DNA of 63,076 nucleotides, counting the filler, from Octopus bimaculoides (lineage: Eukaryota), in assembly GCF_001194135.2 (NCBI RefSeq). It is 6 parts of 5 records of this genome, joined end to end, with 100 filler letters (N's around TTAATTAATTAA, not from the genome) between each part and the next. Parts side by side here need not be neighbours in the genome. Positions count along the whole stretch, not along the records: positions 1 to 12,041 come from NC_068993.1; 5 more parts are not named here. One strand, given 5' to 3'. The notes under the pieces are model-generated. The model was not told the origin of the DNA, searched no databases, and saw nothing but the letters and a program-made list of their open reading frames with translations. Shown in pieces: positions 1 to 11,779 of the stretch; the stretch's first letter is position 1; each line of letters begins with the position of its first letter. The position numbers and the translations under genes were made by a program.

Positions 1-55
<55 letters not shown>

Positions 56-75
56 AAGAGAGAGAGACAGACAGA
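1..75. repeat. (AG)n microsatellite
   Basis: Near-perfect AG dinucleotide run. Confidence 0.97.
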
Positions 76-654
76 CTATATATAGAATAACATTGATAGT
101 GAATTCCAAGCTTCGGCCTGTTGATGGGTTAGGAGGCCGAAACTTCGAAGTCACTCTAAATGCTAGTTTTGTTAATAAATGATATAAATAAATGTTCTCT
201 ACAGAAAAGTATTGAGTTATATTTCAGTTTAATGTTAAGCTGTTTTTTTAAATTAAAACTTGACAATAAAAATACATACATATATACATACATACACACA
301 TGCATGCATGTATACACGCATGCATACATACATGCATGCGTGCGTGCATGCGTGCTGGCACGTAAGCAATAATGACTTGTAGGTACGTGGTATTTCGTTA
401 TGAAACCATAATATACTATAAAGTATATTAAATGCTTTTGTAAGTCAACACCACGTCCTACTGCGTTAGTAGTGCGCTTTTAAATCATTTGTTGTGGCTA
501 TTTCCACAGATATAACCAAAATACATACATACAAAAATACCCTGTTGATGTTGTTGAATTTCCAATGTAGTATTGGATCTTGGTTAGAAACCAATTTTTT
601 CTCTATTGGCTAGGAATCTTCAAATGAAATTGTATAATGACATACATACGTACG

Positions 655-658
<4 letters not shown>

Positions 659-716
<58 letters not shown>
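659..716. repeat. (TG)n microsatellite abutting an assembly gap
   Basis: Perfect TG run ending at N717. Confidence 0.97.
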
Positions 717-1355
717 NNNNNNNNNNNNNNNNNNNNNNNNNNNNNNNNNNNNNNNNNNNNNNNNNNNNNNNNNNNNNNNNNNNNNNNNNNNNNNNNNNNN
801 NNNNNNNNNNNNNNNNNNNNNNNNNNNNNNNNNNNNNNNNNNNNNNNNNNNNNNNNNNNNNNNNNNNNNNNNNNNNNNNNNNNNNNNNNNNNNNNNNNNN
901 NNNNNNNNNNNNNNNNNNNNNNNNNNNNNNNNNNNNNNNNNNNNNNNNNNNNNNNNNNNNNNNNNNNNNNNNNNNNNNNNNNNNNNNNNNNNNNNNNNNN
1001 NNNNNNNNNNNNNNNNNNNNNNNNNNNNNNNNNNNNNNNNNNNNNNNNNNNNNNNNNNNNNNNNNNNNNNNNNNNNNNNNNNNNNNNNNNNNNNNNNNNN
1101 NNNNNNNNNNNNNNNNNNNNNNNNNTATAAACGGAAATTTTAGAATATGTTTAAACTGTAATTAAAAAACGTTTAGACTGAAATAAAAAAAATTAAAAAA
1201 AGATATGTACTCATAGAAGTCTGGGGGAAGTGAAGTGAGATGCTCTACCATCATGCTTTTTCAAGAATACAAGTAGATAAAGTTAAATAGGAACAACCGG
1301 AAATCGAAGCCATCTTGCTTTTTTCGCCTCGTCCGGAAGCCTACTGTTGCTCCGC

Positions 1356-1393
<38 letters not shown>

Positions 1394-1967
1394 CGTTTAA
1401 TGGCTCAAGATACAACAGTTCGTTCTACGCTTACTCTTTCTTTCATAAACAGACTGCCAAAGTAATTATTTCAAGGATTTCTTATACGCTTATTCTGATA
1501 AAAAAAACTTTCATCGGATGCAGGAAGTAAAATTTAGAAATATTATAATAACTTAAAAAAAATCCCCACCAAATTAAAGCTAAATCATTTCAAAGACATA
1601 CTTGTAAAATACACCACTACACATGTATAAACGCATGCATACTGTCAACTCCACAAGGAGTCTGGTAGTAGCCAACTCCAACCTCAAACAGGAATTTTAA
1701 TTTTCTTCCTCTAGATTTAATTCTTGAAAAGTTGTTTACTTTTAGTGCTATATTTTGAAACGTCATTTTCTTTTTCTCGCATTCCTTAAATTTCCATTCC
1801 TTTCTAGTTTCTCGATAACTCTCAAAAGAATATTGTTCTTTTCTTTTTACTAAAAAAGGGTAGCTACAGCGTTGCCTTTAGAACTTATAATTATACTGGC
1901 TATATTCACTTTAAATGTTGAACAATATGATTTTTACCTCCGAATTCCGATCTCTGAGTTGTAAACT

Positions 1968-2202
1968 TATTGCTTTACTGCCCACAAGGGGCTACACACA
2001 GAGGGGGACAAACAAGAACAGACAAACGGATTAAGTCGATTATATCGAACCCCAGTGCGTAACTGGTGCTTATTTAATCGTCCCCGAAAGGATGAAAGGC
2101 AAAGTCGATCTCGGCGGAATTTGAACTCAGAACGTAGCGGCAGACGAAATACCGCTAAGCATTTCGCCCGGTGTGCTAACGTTTCTGCCAGTTCGCCACC
2201 TT
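1968..2202 (-). mobile_element. tRNA-derived SINE, family A (aaggcggcgagctggcagaa... head)
   Basis: Reverse complement matches the copies at 21868, 32119 and 59919. tRNA-like head (gttctgagttcaaattcc B-box-like) plus central ctttcatcctttcggggtcgat...aagtaccag block. Confidence 0.9.
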
Positions 2203-3167
2203 AATGATCTCTGAGCAATATGGCGGCTCTCTGAATACAACTCAGCTCTCTGAGTTGTATTCTGGCGACCTTTTCTATTGGCATTTGTAACGATATAACT
2301 GAATAGTCATCAGCTGGTTGTATACTAGATGTTCTTATGCTGCATATTTACCTAAGTGGATATTTTTTGAAAGTGTAGGAAGATGATTAATGTTTCTGTT
2401 NNNNNNNNNNNNNNNNNNNNNNNNNNNNNNNNNNNNNNNNNNNNNNNNNNNNNNNNNNNNNNNNNNNNNNNNNNNNNNNNNNNNNNNNNNNNNNNNNNNN
2501 NNNNNNNNNNNNNNNNNNNNNNNNNNNNNNNNNNNNNNNNNNNNNNNNNNNNNNNNNNNNNNNNNNNNNNNNNNNNNNNNNNNNNNNNNNNNNNNNNNNN
2601 NNNNNNNNNNNNNNNNNNNNNNNNNNNNNNNNNNNNNNNNNNNNNNNNNNNNNNNNNNNNNNNNNNNNNNNNNNNNNNNNNNNNNNNNNNNNNNNNNNNN
2701 NNNNNNNNNNNNNNNNNNNNNNNNNNNNNNNNNNNNNNNNNNNNNNNNNNNNNNNNNNNNNNNNNNNNNNNNNNNNNNNNNNNNNNNNNNNNNNNNNNNN
2801 NNNNNNNNNNNNNNNNNNNNNNNNNNNNNNNNNNNNNNNNNNNNNNNNNNNNNNNNNNNNNNNNNNNNNNNNNNNNNNNNNNNNNNNNNNNNNNNNNNNN
2901 NNNNNNNNNNNNNNNNNNNNNNNNNNNNNNNNNNNNNNNNNNNNNNNNNNNNNNNNNNNNNNNNNNNNNNNNNNNNNNNNNNNNNNNNNNNNNNNNNNNN
3001 NNNNNNNNNNNNNNNNNNNNNNNNNNNNNNNNNNNNNNNNNNNNNNNNNNNNNNNNNNNNNNNNNNNNNNNNNNNNNNNNNNNNNNNNNNNNNNNNNNNN
3101 NNNNNNNNNNNNNNNNNNNNNNNNNNNNNNNNNNNNNNNNNNNNNNNNNNNNNNNNNNNNNNNNNNN

Positions 3168-3510
3168 CATAGGATCGCGGTTTTGATTCCCAGACCGGAC
3201 GTTGTGAGTGTTTATTGAGCGAAAACACCTAAAGCTCCACGAGGCTCCGGCAGGGGATGGTGGCGAACACTGCTATACTCTTTCACCACAACTTTCTCTC
3301 ACTCTTTCTTCCTGTTTCTGTTGTGCCTGTAATTCAAAGGGTCAGCCTTGTCACACTGTGTGTCACGCTGAATCTCCCGAGAACTACGTTAAGGGTACAG
3401 GTGTCTGTGGAGTGCTCAGCCACTTGCACGTTAATTTCACGGGCAGGCTGTTCCATTGATTGGATCAACTGGAACCCTCGACGTCGTAAGCGACGGAGTG
3501 CCAACAACAA
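3168..3510 (+). mobile_element. tRNA-derived SINE, family C (~350 bp), 5' end lost in gap
   Basis: Nearly colinear with the reverse complement of 28510-28870; shares the tail caactggaaccctcg..gtcgtaa..gacggagtgcca with 6490-6635. Confidence 0.88.
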
Positions 3511-3826
3511 TAGTAGTTGCAGTTTGACACTTGTCGTTTGCGGCTTATTTCTGCTGTCCTTTGTGTTGTTTTAATGGTTGTGCCACGGGTTTGTCGATCA
3601 GTGGGGTTCTTGCAGGTGTTCCTGCCATCACCATTCTATTTCTCCAACAAACAAGAAATCTCACTGCAACCACACAAAATGCTAGACATTTTTACGAACA
3701 TAACAGTCAAATAGAACAACAACCACCCTAGCTAAATACGTTGCTCCAAAAGTACATACAAGAAATGCATTCGAAATAGATACTAACTGCCTATATACAA
3801 AGTTAACTAATGCATTAGTGCCTTAC

Positions 3827-3841
3827 TTGATTCGAGTTGTG
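3827..3841 (-). CDS. Candidate 15-nt symmetric microexon (phase 2: -T-T-R-I-)
   Basis: Minus strand reads cttactaac (branch point, 3865-3873)...acttgcag|CACAACTCGAATCAA|gtaagg. Canonical AG/GT, length divisible by 3. Confidence 0.42.
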
Positions 3842-3939
3842 CTGCAAGTTTTGTAAATGGAGATGTTAGTAAGAATTTGATAATCTAGAAATCTTCGAAT
3901 TGGATTTGCAACCGTTTCTTAAATATTTCTCTATTTCAA

Positions 3940-4145
3940 AGGTAGCGATCTGGCAGAATCGTTAACACGTCGGACAAAATGCTTGAAGGCACTTCGTCCA
4001 TTCTTATGTTCTGAGTTCAAATTCCGTCAAGGTTGACTTTGCTTTTCACCCGTTTTGGATTCGAATAAGTACCATTTGAACGCTGGGGTCGATGTAATTG
4101 ACTCCCTCGGAAATGCTGGCCCTTTGCCAAAATTTGAAATTGATA
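3940..4145 (+). mobile_element. SINE family A, diverged
   Basis: ggtagcgatctggcagaatcgtta...gttctgagttcaaattcc...aataagtacc homology to the other copies. Confidence 0.82.
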
Positions 4146-4216
4146 TCATTGTCTTACCTTTCTATGTTTCAGTTTTCATCTCTTTTCATCTTCTTTGTTC
4201 ATTTACACGTTTATAT

Positions 4217-4251
<35 letters not shown>

Positions 4252-4652
4252 TGTATGTATGTATCTATCTATCTATCTATCTATCCATTTGTATTTTTCT
4301 TCTCACGTAAATTCTATACATGGCTTTTATGACTTCCTCGATTGTGTGTTCCCATAATTTAAATAAGATAGTTGTCTAGAACTTTTACGCTATCAGTTTT
4401 TCGTCCCTTCCTACCTCCATGACGCTTCTATGTTAAGGAATTTTATTGCCAGTCCTCCCCGTCTCCCCGTCTCCTTTACCTCACTTAATCACATCTATAA
4501 ACACGCCCATCTTGTTTCCTTTTAAGACAATCTATCCACTAACTATTACTTTCATAGGTCATTCGATTTTCTTTTCTCCTTTTTACAGCTTGTCATTCGT
4601 GCTGTGACTAGTTTGATTATTCATTTGATCATCTTCACGCGACAGTCTAAAC

Positions 4653-4990
4653 CAGTGGTTCTCAACTGGGATCCATATGGCCCCTGATGGTCCATATAAG
4701 ATTTTGGGAGTCCACACAATAAAATAGTAAATTGGGCATCTACAACAGAATTTTGAGGGCCCCTGAAAAAATTTTGCTTCAGATGTATATATTGCAAGGA
4801 ACAGCTAGGCTTCTTTCTCGAATGTTTTACATGGTTCAACCTACACAAGTTAATGTGTGAATAACAAAACAGGAATTTTGAAAGAAGTATCTATAAAACT
4901 AGTTTTTAAACATTGAATGGCTATGGGGGTCCACCAGAATAAAACAGTAATAAAAGGGGTTCATAAACAAAAAATGGGTGAGAACCCCTG
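4653..4990. mobile_element. hAT (Charlie-like) MITE
   Basis: TIRs cagtggttctcaac / ggtgagaacccctg; 8-bp TSD gtctaaac / gtgtaaac (1 mismatch). Confidence 0.85.
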
Positions 4991-5406
4991 GTGTAAACAA
5001 ATTATCGGAAATAAGATCTGAAGATTAGCTAAGTTGGTTCTATGTATGTTACAACTTCTGTAACAAACATCATTTTAGCTATAAAACGATCGCACTCCGT
5101 GTTTTACCCGTTCGATTCCTTACGTTCCGGAATTTTTATTCTCATTTTTTAAAACAACTTTAGTTGCTAAAGTGTGGGTACTGGGTTGTATGGTGACGGT
5201 TACCTTATCGAAATTTCCTTTGATTTCAATATAGGACGAAGTATGTAACATCCAATGTTAATAAACCCGTTTTATCGTATATTGTCCGCTTTTTAAAAAT
5301 CTATACTAGCCGCATACATGCTCGAAGGTTACTAACTTCCCTTGCATCCCTGGGCGCACTTAAAAATGAAGTCCACATTGGAAAATGTAATCCCAAATGT
5401 GCAAAA

Positions 5407-5407
5407 A

Positions 5408-5472
<65 letters not shown>
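5407..5472. repeat. (CTA)n microsatellite
   Basis: Perfect ACT/CTA run. Confidence 0.95.
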
Positions 5473-6344
5473 ACGCAGCTAATAATATATAATAATGAAC
5501 TGTTCAAGCGGATAACAACTCACCAGAAAAAATAACCAAAACTGCATGAACAGTACATAGAATATAGATTGGAAGTCGACAGTGAATAAGTCTTAAAAAA
5601 AAAAATAAGAGGAGAGTTGGGGGGGGCATCAGATGTACAGTTGGGGAATTTCAGCAAGCATCGAAGTTTTGAAGGATGTCATGTCTCGTCAGCTAACAAC
5701 TGTTAGGTTGTCTATTCCATGCTACAGCAATTCTGTGGGTAAAAAACTGATTCGGAAAGCCGTAGATGCTGCGTTGGCTTTTGACTTCGTAAGCATGTCC
5801 ATGAATGTTTGACATATGGGATTTAAAAAGGTGCTCAATTTGTTAGAAATATGGTGGATAATGTTGTGGTTGTCTACCAAGTTGCCAGACATCGGAGCTT
5901 TAACACCTTTCCCCAAGATTTTCTTTTAATCATAGTTTTAAAATATGGATAATCCGAATCTGCGATTTGTTTATATTCATATTTTCAAAATAATTTTCAG
6001 GTGAATAGGTGTGTCATTTAAGGGAGATTTAGCTATTGTTTTTAGCATATCCCACAACCACTTTACTCTCCCATGTAATGTCTTTCACAGGCTTTCGGGG
6101 CTAAACACATGTATAACCACATACACACACATTTATATTGTACACACACAAGCGCGCGCGCGCCAACACACGCACAATATAAACGAGACTGAACCAGAAA
6201 GTAATGTGATTCAAATTAGTTTTTGACTCATCTTCGTTTATTCAAAGCTGAGTCACAAAGTGATGCGAATATAAACTGCATAACTTTCTGATTTATTATC
6301 GTGTACTTATGTGAGTGCATATAGCTGTATATATGCATTTACTT

Positions 6345-6635
6345 GAAGGTGTGAGATTTGTGATTTGGGTATTCGGCTCACGATCGTAAAATTGCGATTT
6401 CGATTCCTGGCGGCGCGTTATGTCCTTGAGAAAGACATTTACTTTCACATTACTCCAGTTCCCCTGGGTGAGAAAAATCCATAATAACTATATTACTGAA
6501 TCACTCTGAGAATTATGTGAAGTTTCCACGTGTCCATGGAGTGCTCTGCCACGTGAATGTTAATTTCACAACCAGGCTGTTCCGTTGATCGTATCAACTG
6601 GAACCCTCAACGTCGTAACCGACGGTGTGCCAGTT
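6345..6635 (+). mobile_element. tRNA-derived SINE: CORE-like body with family C tail
   Basis: Head ttcgattcctgg, then gtccttgagaaagacatttac (CORE-like), then the family C 3' tail. Confidence 0.7.
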
Positions 6636-6640
6636 TCGAA

Positions 6641-6683
<43 letters not shown>

Positions 6684-6701
6684 AGTATATATGTATGTAT
6701 A

Positions 6702-6740
<39 letters not shown>

Positions 6741-6789
6741 GATAATAATATTGTTGTTGGAATCTTTTTGTCTCGGGAAACAATGGAGT

Positions 6790-7137
6790 TGCACATAAAC
6801 TGTCCTCTCCAGTTTCGTCTCCAGTTTTGCGCAGGCCTGGGCTAGATGTAAGAAAATCCTGGGTAACCCAATCGTCAGGATTCATCTCTCGACTTTGCTG
6901 ACATAGTCCAAAGGAGTGCAGAGGATTGCGTTTGGCACCAGCTTGGTTGCAGGAGCTGCCGGAAGAGTGTCGAGTCGAACACTAAACCACCTACGGGGCT
7001 CCACTCCAGATTTCTTTGAAGGTTGTCTCCTTTCCGTAACCCTGGATAGGGGCCTATGCCGGGTACTGTCAGCCAGAACCAGCAGAGCTCGGGGCTCGTG
7101 GCAGGCAGGGTCGTCACTCCCTGAAGTAGGGAAGAAA
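6790..7137. mobile_element. GC-rich interspersed-repeat fragment, probably a non-LTR retrotransposon 5' region
   Basis: Abrupt GC-rich block that truncates the exon module at ~7137. Motifs tggcaccagc..gcaggagctgccgga and ggggctccactccagattt resemble RTE-type 5' regions (from memory, unverified). Confidence 0.4.
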
Positions 7138-7193
7138 ATGTCATTAAATTACTGTCCTATCATTATGGATAACCTTACTGCAGTTAAAATTAC

Positions 7194-7235
7194 CTGTGTT
7201 TCGTGCATCGTAACGGGGGCAACGTTGTCTAATTC
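7194..7235 (-). pseudogene. Exon module copy E1: 5'-truncated remnant (ELDNVAPVTMHETQ) with intact GT donor
   Basis: Homologous to the 3' part of 8762-8869 and 11780-11887; followed by cag|gtaatt and the same conserved intron flank. Confidence 0.6.
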
Positions 7236-8496
7236 CTTGCATAATAATATAAATAATATATATATATATATTGCAATCTCCTGTACCCAGATATGCACCT
7301 ATACATACAAGTGGATGTCGGTACGCACATACCTGTACGTATATATGCATATACTCATTTACTATTTGTTTATATATATATATATATATATGAATATATA
7401 CAAACATATATGTACATACATANNNNNNNNNNNNNNNNNNNNNNNNNNNNNNNNNNNNNNNNNNNNNNNNNNNNNNNNNNNNNNNNNNNNNNNNNNNNNN
7501 NNNNNNNNNNNNNNNNNNNNNNNNNNNNNNNNNNNNNNNNNNNNNNNNNNNNNNNNNNNNNNNNNNNNNNNNNNNNNNNNNNNNNNNNNNNNNNNNNNNN
7601 NNNNNNNNNNNNNNNNNNNNNNNNNNNNNNNNNNNNNNNNNNNNNNNNNNNNNNNNNNNNNNNNNNNNNNNNNNNNNNNNNNNNNNNNNNNNNNNNNNNN
7701 NNNNNNNNNNNNNNNNNNNNNNNNNNNNNNNNNNNNNNNNNNNNNNNNNNNNNNNNNNNNNNNNNNNNNNNNNNNNNNNNNNNNNNNNNNNNNNNNNNNN
7801 NNNNNNNNNNNNNNNNNNNNNNNNNNNNNNNNNNNNNNNNNNNNNNNNNNNNNNNNNNNNNNNNNNNNNNNNNNNNNNNNNNNNNNNNNNNNNNNNNNNN
7901 NNNNNNNNNNNNNNNNNNNNNNNNNNNNNNNNNNNNNNNNNNNNNNNNNNNNNNNNNNCTGTGTATACAAATTTAATTTGCGGTCCATGGGAAGAGCTGT
8001 TTTAACGATGCGTCCTGCCCAGCTCTTCGAAACGCCGGTGTTAAAACGGGGGTAGCTGATGAAGTAGAATGTTCTCTATGTGGCTTGTGTGTTTTCTCGT
8101 CTACGTTTTGTTTGCAATGTCCTGTACCCAGATATGCACCTATACATACAGGTGGATGTCGGTACGCACATACCTGTACGTATATATGCATATACTCATT
8201 TACTATTTGTTTATATATATATATATATATATGAATATATACAAACATATATGTACATACATACATATATATGTATATATACATGTAAATATGAGTACAG
8301 GACGTCAAAAAACCTGAACAAAATAAAAAACGAGAACATAAAGAAACAAGAACATGGAAAACGAACTTTTGTTTTTGAACAACGAAAGAAACATATAGGG
8401 AAACGAGACGGGCAACATAAAGAACAATCCCTTCACCAGTTGTCCCTTGTGTATATGCGTAGCAACCCTAACGATACGTTTGAAATTTGCAGTCAT

Positions 8497-8674
8497 ACAG
8501 ACGGAGCACATTTTGAAAATTTTGACGCAAGATTTCACGTATATTTTTGACGTAAGATTTATATATCTACTAGTTTTAGTATCATAGTTAGGTAACAGAA
8601 ACACAATTCTGTCAGATTAAAAAAAAAGTTCGCCCGATTTCATTGAAATAAATGCATAATTCTGGGACACCCTG
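8497..8674. mobile_element. Tc1/mariner-like transposon end co-duplicated with the exon module
   Basis: Ends in aattctgggacaccctg (reverse complement cagggtgtcccagaatt); homologous to 11515-11692 and 9660-9708. Confidence 0.55.
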
Positions 8675-8761
8675 TTTAATAAGGAAACGAGATTATAGAA
8701 GCCAAGTCTCATTAAATTACCGTCGTGTCATTATAGTTAACGTTACAGCGGTTAAAATTTC

Positions 8762-8869
8762 CTGTTTGTTTCGTTCGTCGTAACGGTGGCCTGGGTGTCT
8801 AATGCCTTCGTTGTAATTTCTATTTCCTTAGTGAAAGTGTTATTCCAAACAGCTGCCTCAGAAGCTTTA
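8762..8869 (-). pseudogene. Exon module copy E2: 108 nt, open frame KASEAAVWNNTFTKEIEITTKALDTQATVTTNETN, donor mutated to GA
   Basis: gtcgtttcag acceptor; only the phase-2 frame is stop-free; donor reads cag|gaaatt versus cag|gtaatt in paralogues. Confidence 0.62.
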
Positions 8870-9520
8870 CTGAAACGACTAGATATATACACGTATAAAT
8901 GAAAGTCCATGTGTGTGTGTATGTATGTATGTATGTATGTATGTATGCATGCATATATTCCTCTTACTTTTACTTGTTTCAGTCATTTGAATGCGGCTGT
9001 CCTGGAGTATTGCCTTGAAGGGTTTTTTAAAATTATAACCTTGTTCGACGGTTATAATGGACACAGATTTGTGTGTCACATAGCTAGCTAGAGGTGATGG
9101 CCTCATGGAGCTAATCAACAGCAGCATTCATCCTATTTTTTGGACTGCCATGTTGGCTTGGCGATAATTATTAATATCCAGTGACGCTGTCGTAGTCTCC
9201 TTTAGAGAGACTTAGAAATATTAATATTTCTATTTTTGAAAACCAGTGGAGGTATTCCATTGAATTTAGCTAAATAATCCTTCGTACAGACGGTCAGTAG
9301 CGACGCCTGCTGGGTTCGGCTGCTTTACATTGATAAGAGGCAATACCTCGAAACTAGTCTGTAGATGCCTGACCAGCAAGGGGAAGCGGCTGACCTCCCC
9401 TGTTCGATGGTTATAATGGACACAGATTCGTGTGCCACATAGCTAGCTACAGGCGATGGCCTCTTGGAGCTAATTCGTCCTATTTTTTGGACTGCCATGT
9501 TGGCTTGACGATAACTATTA

Positions 9521-9551
<31 letters not shown>

Positions 9552-9792
9552 ATTCAAACATGAACAAGCAAGAAAAAACACAAAAAATCAGCAACGCGAG
9601 GACGTGGAATAAGTACAGTTTTATTGGACGGTTAGGAAAGGAAAGAAAAGAAAGAGGATTTCACCTGATTTCATTGAAAGAGATGGTTAATTCTGGCACA
9701 ACCTATATGTATATTGAACAATATAATAACGGCGTAGTCTCATTAAATTAAAGTCGTGTCATCATGGGTAACGTTACTGTGGTTAAAATTAC

Positions 9793-9863
9793 CTGTGTGA
9801 TTCGTTCGTCCTAACGGGGTCATCGTTGTATAATTTCTATTTCTATGGTGAAAGTGTGATTCG
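9793..9863 (-). pseudogene. Exon module copy E3: 71 nt, AG/GT intact but internally deleted and frameshifted
   Basis: tttgtttcag|cgaatc...cacacag|gtaatt. The homologous frame NHTFTIEIEII runs into TGA; 37 nt shorter than E2/E4. Confidence 0.6.
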
Positions 9864-10311
9864 CTGAAACAAATAGATGTACACGTTTCAATGAAAGCCC
9901 ACGTGTGTATGTATACAAGATTGTATGCAGGTATGTATGTATGAATGTATGTATTATGTATGCGTGCATCGATGTGTGTATGTATGTCTGTATGTATGTT
10001 TGTATGCATGTATGTATGTATGTATGCATCTATGTATGTATGTATGTGTGTATGTATATTTGTATGTATGTATGCATTTATGTACGAATGCATACAAAAC
10101 TTATATCTTTTACTTGTTGCAGTCATTTGAATGCGGTTGCGGAGGAGGAAAGGCTTGAAGCGTTTTTTTAATTGAAAAAATTGAACTCAGGACTTATTTT
10201 TCGCCTATTATTCGAACGGTGTATTTTACCGAACTTCTAAGATAAGAGACAGGAAACTCACCAACAGCAATTGTTGATCAGAAGTAGTGAAGGGACAAAC
10301 ACGGACAGAAA

Positions 10312-10369
<58 letters not shown>

Positions 10370-11514
10370 NNNNNNNNNNNNNNNNNNNNNNNNNNNNNNN
10401 NNNNNNNNNNNNNNNNNNNNNNNNNNNNNNNNNNNNNNNNNNNNNNNNNNNNNNNNNNNNNNNNNNNNNNNNNNNNNNNNNNNNNNNNNNNNNNNNNNNN
10501 NNNNNNNNNNNNNNNNNNNNNNNNNNNNNNNNNNNNNNNNNNNNNNNNNNNNNNNNNNNNNNNNNNNNNNNNNNNNNNNNNNNNNNNNNNNNNNNNNNNN
10601 NNNNNNNNNNNNNNNNNNNNNNNNNNNNNNNNNNNNNNNNNNNNNNNNNNNNNNNNNNNNNNNNNNNNNNNNNNNNNNNNNNNNNNNNNNNNNNNNNNNN
10701 NNNNNNNNNNNNNNNNNNNNNNNNNNNNNNNNNNNNNNNNNNNNNNNNNNNNNNNNNNNNNNNNNNNNNNNNNNNNNNNNNNNNNNNNNNNNNNNNNNNN
10801 NNNNNNNNNNNNNNNNNNNNNNNNNNNNNNNNNNNNNNNNNNNNNNNNNNNNNNNNNNNNNNNNNNNNNNNNNNNNNNNNNNNNNNNNNNNNNNNNNNNN
10901 NNNNNNNNNNNNNNNNNNNNNNNNNNNNNNNNNNNNNNNNNNNNNNNNNNNNNNNNNNNNNNNNNNNNNNNNNNNNNNNNNNNNNNNNNNNNNNNNNNNN
11001 NNNNNNNNNNNNNNNNNNNNNNNNNNNNNNNNNNNNNNNNNNNNNNNNNNNNNNNNNNNNNNNNNNNNNNNNNNNNNNAAAAACACTTGTCTCCCCTTAC
11101 ACACACTTCCTGTTTTGACACCACATTTCCTGCTTAACACAAACTTTTAACCCTTTTTTAAAAACCTAACAAAACTCTCAACTCTCATGCATCCTTATTT
11201 TTCCTACCAGTTTATACATGAATTACTATTGAACTACAAAAGCTCAAAGACAATATAATGTATGGGTATATTTATTTTTTTAATATATTATTGTTTTATA
11301 TATTATTTTCTTCATTTTGTACTTCTTTGTAAAAAAACATTTTCATTCTCCTTCTTCTTGATAATTTCCTTTTCGCAATGAAAACCGGTTAGAAGAAATC
11401 TTTATTAAAATATGCTTCCAGTTTAGCATTCTGGCTTTTTTTCATTTTCCTATATATATGTATATATACATATATATAAATATATATTTAACGATGGATT
11501 TGAAAATTGAAATG

Positions 11515-11692
11515 ATACCGACGGAGCATATGTTGAAAATTTTGACGCAAGATTTCACGTAGATTTTTGACGTACGATTCCTAAATCTATTAGTTTAAGT
11601 TTCATAGTTAAATCTCAGACACAATTCTGTCGGAATTCGAAGAAAATTTGTCCAATTCCATCGAAATAGATGGTTGATTCTGGCACACCCTG
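11515..11692. mobile_element. Tc1/mariner-like transposon end (second copy), followed by TA
   Basis: gattctggcacaccctg|ta; colinear with 8497-8674. Confidence 0.55.
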
Positions 11693-11779
11693 TATATTTA
11701 TTGAACAAGATAATAACGGCGTAGTCTCATTAAGTTAACGTCGTATTATTATGGTTAACATTACTGTAGTTAAACTTAC

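Noticed and set aside
110-148. cttcggc-ctgttga...ggcc-gaaac-ttc, superficially hammerhead-like
   Set aside because: Stem II is only 2 bp and stem I is out of register. A simple ttcggcct/aggccgaa hairpin explains it better.
606-1165. Long ORFs in the track made of X runs or CV/HT/YI/homopolymer repeats (also 2335-3228, 10226-11150, 15143-17626, 20240-21429, 55517-56760 and others)
   Set aside because: Produced by N gaps and microsatellites; no coding evidence.
1435-1494. 60-nt minus-strand segment with good AG and GTAAGC sites
   Set aside because: All three frames contain stops; at best a terminal or non-coding exon, with no support.
5728-5788. Plus-strand 61-nt exon-like segment (NSVGKKLIRKAVDAALAFDF)
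   Set aside because: Splice sites are only moderate, the minus strand is also open, and there is no homology or phase partner.
7270-8275. Near-identical ~150-bp blocks at 7270-7422 and 8120-8272
   Set aside because: They flank a gap and differ at one or two bases. More likely an unmerged haplotype or contig overlap than a true duplication.
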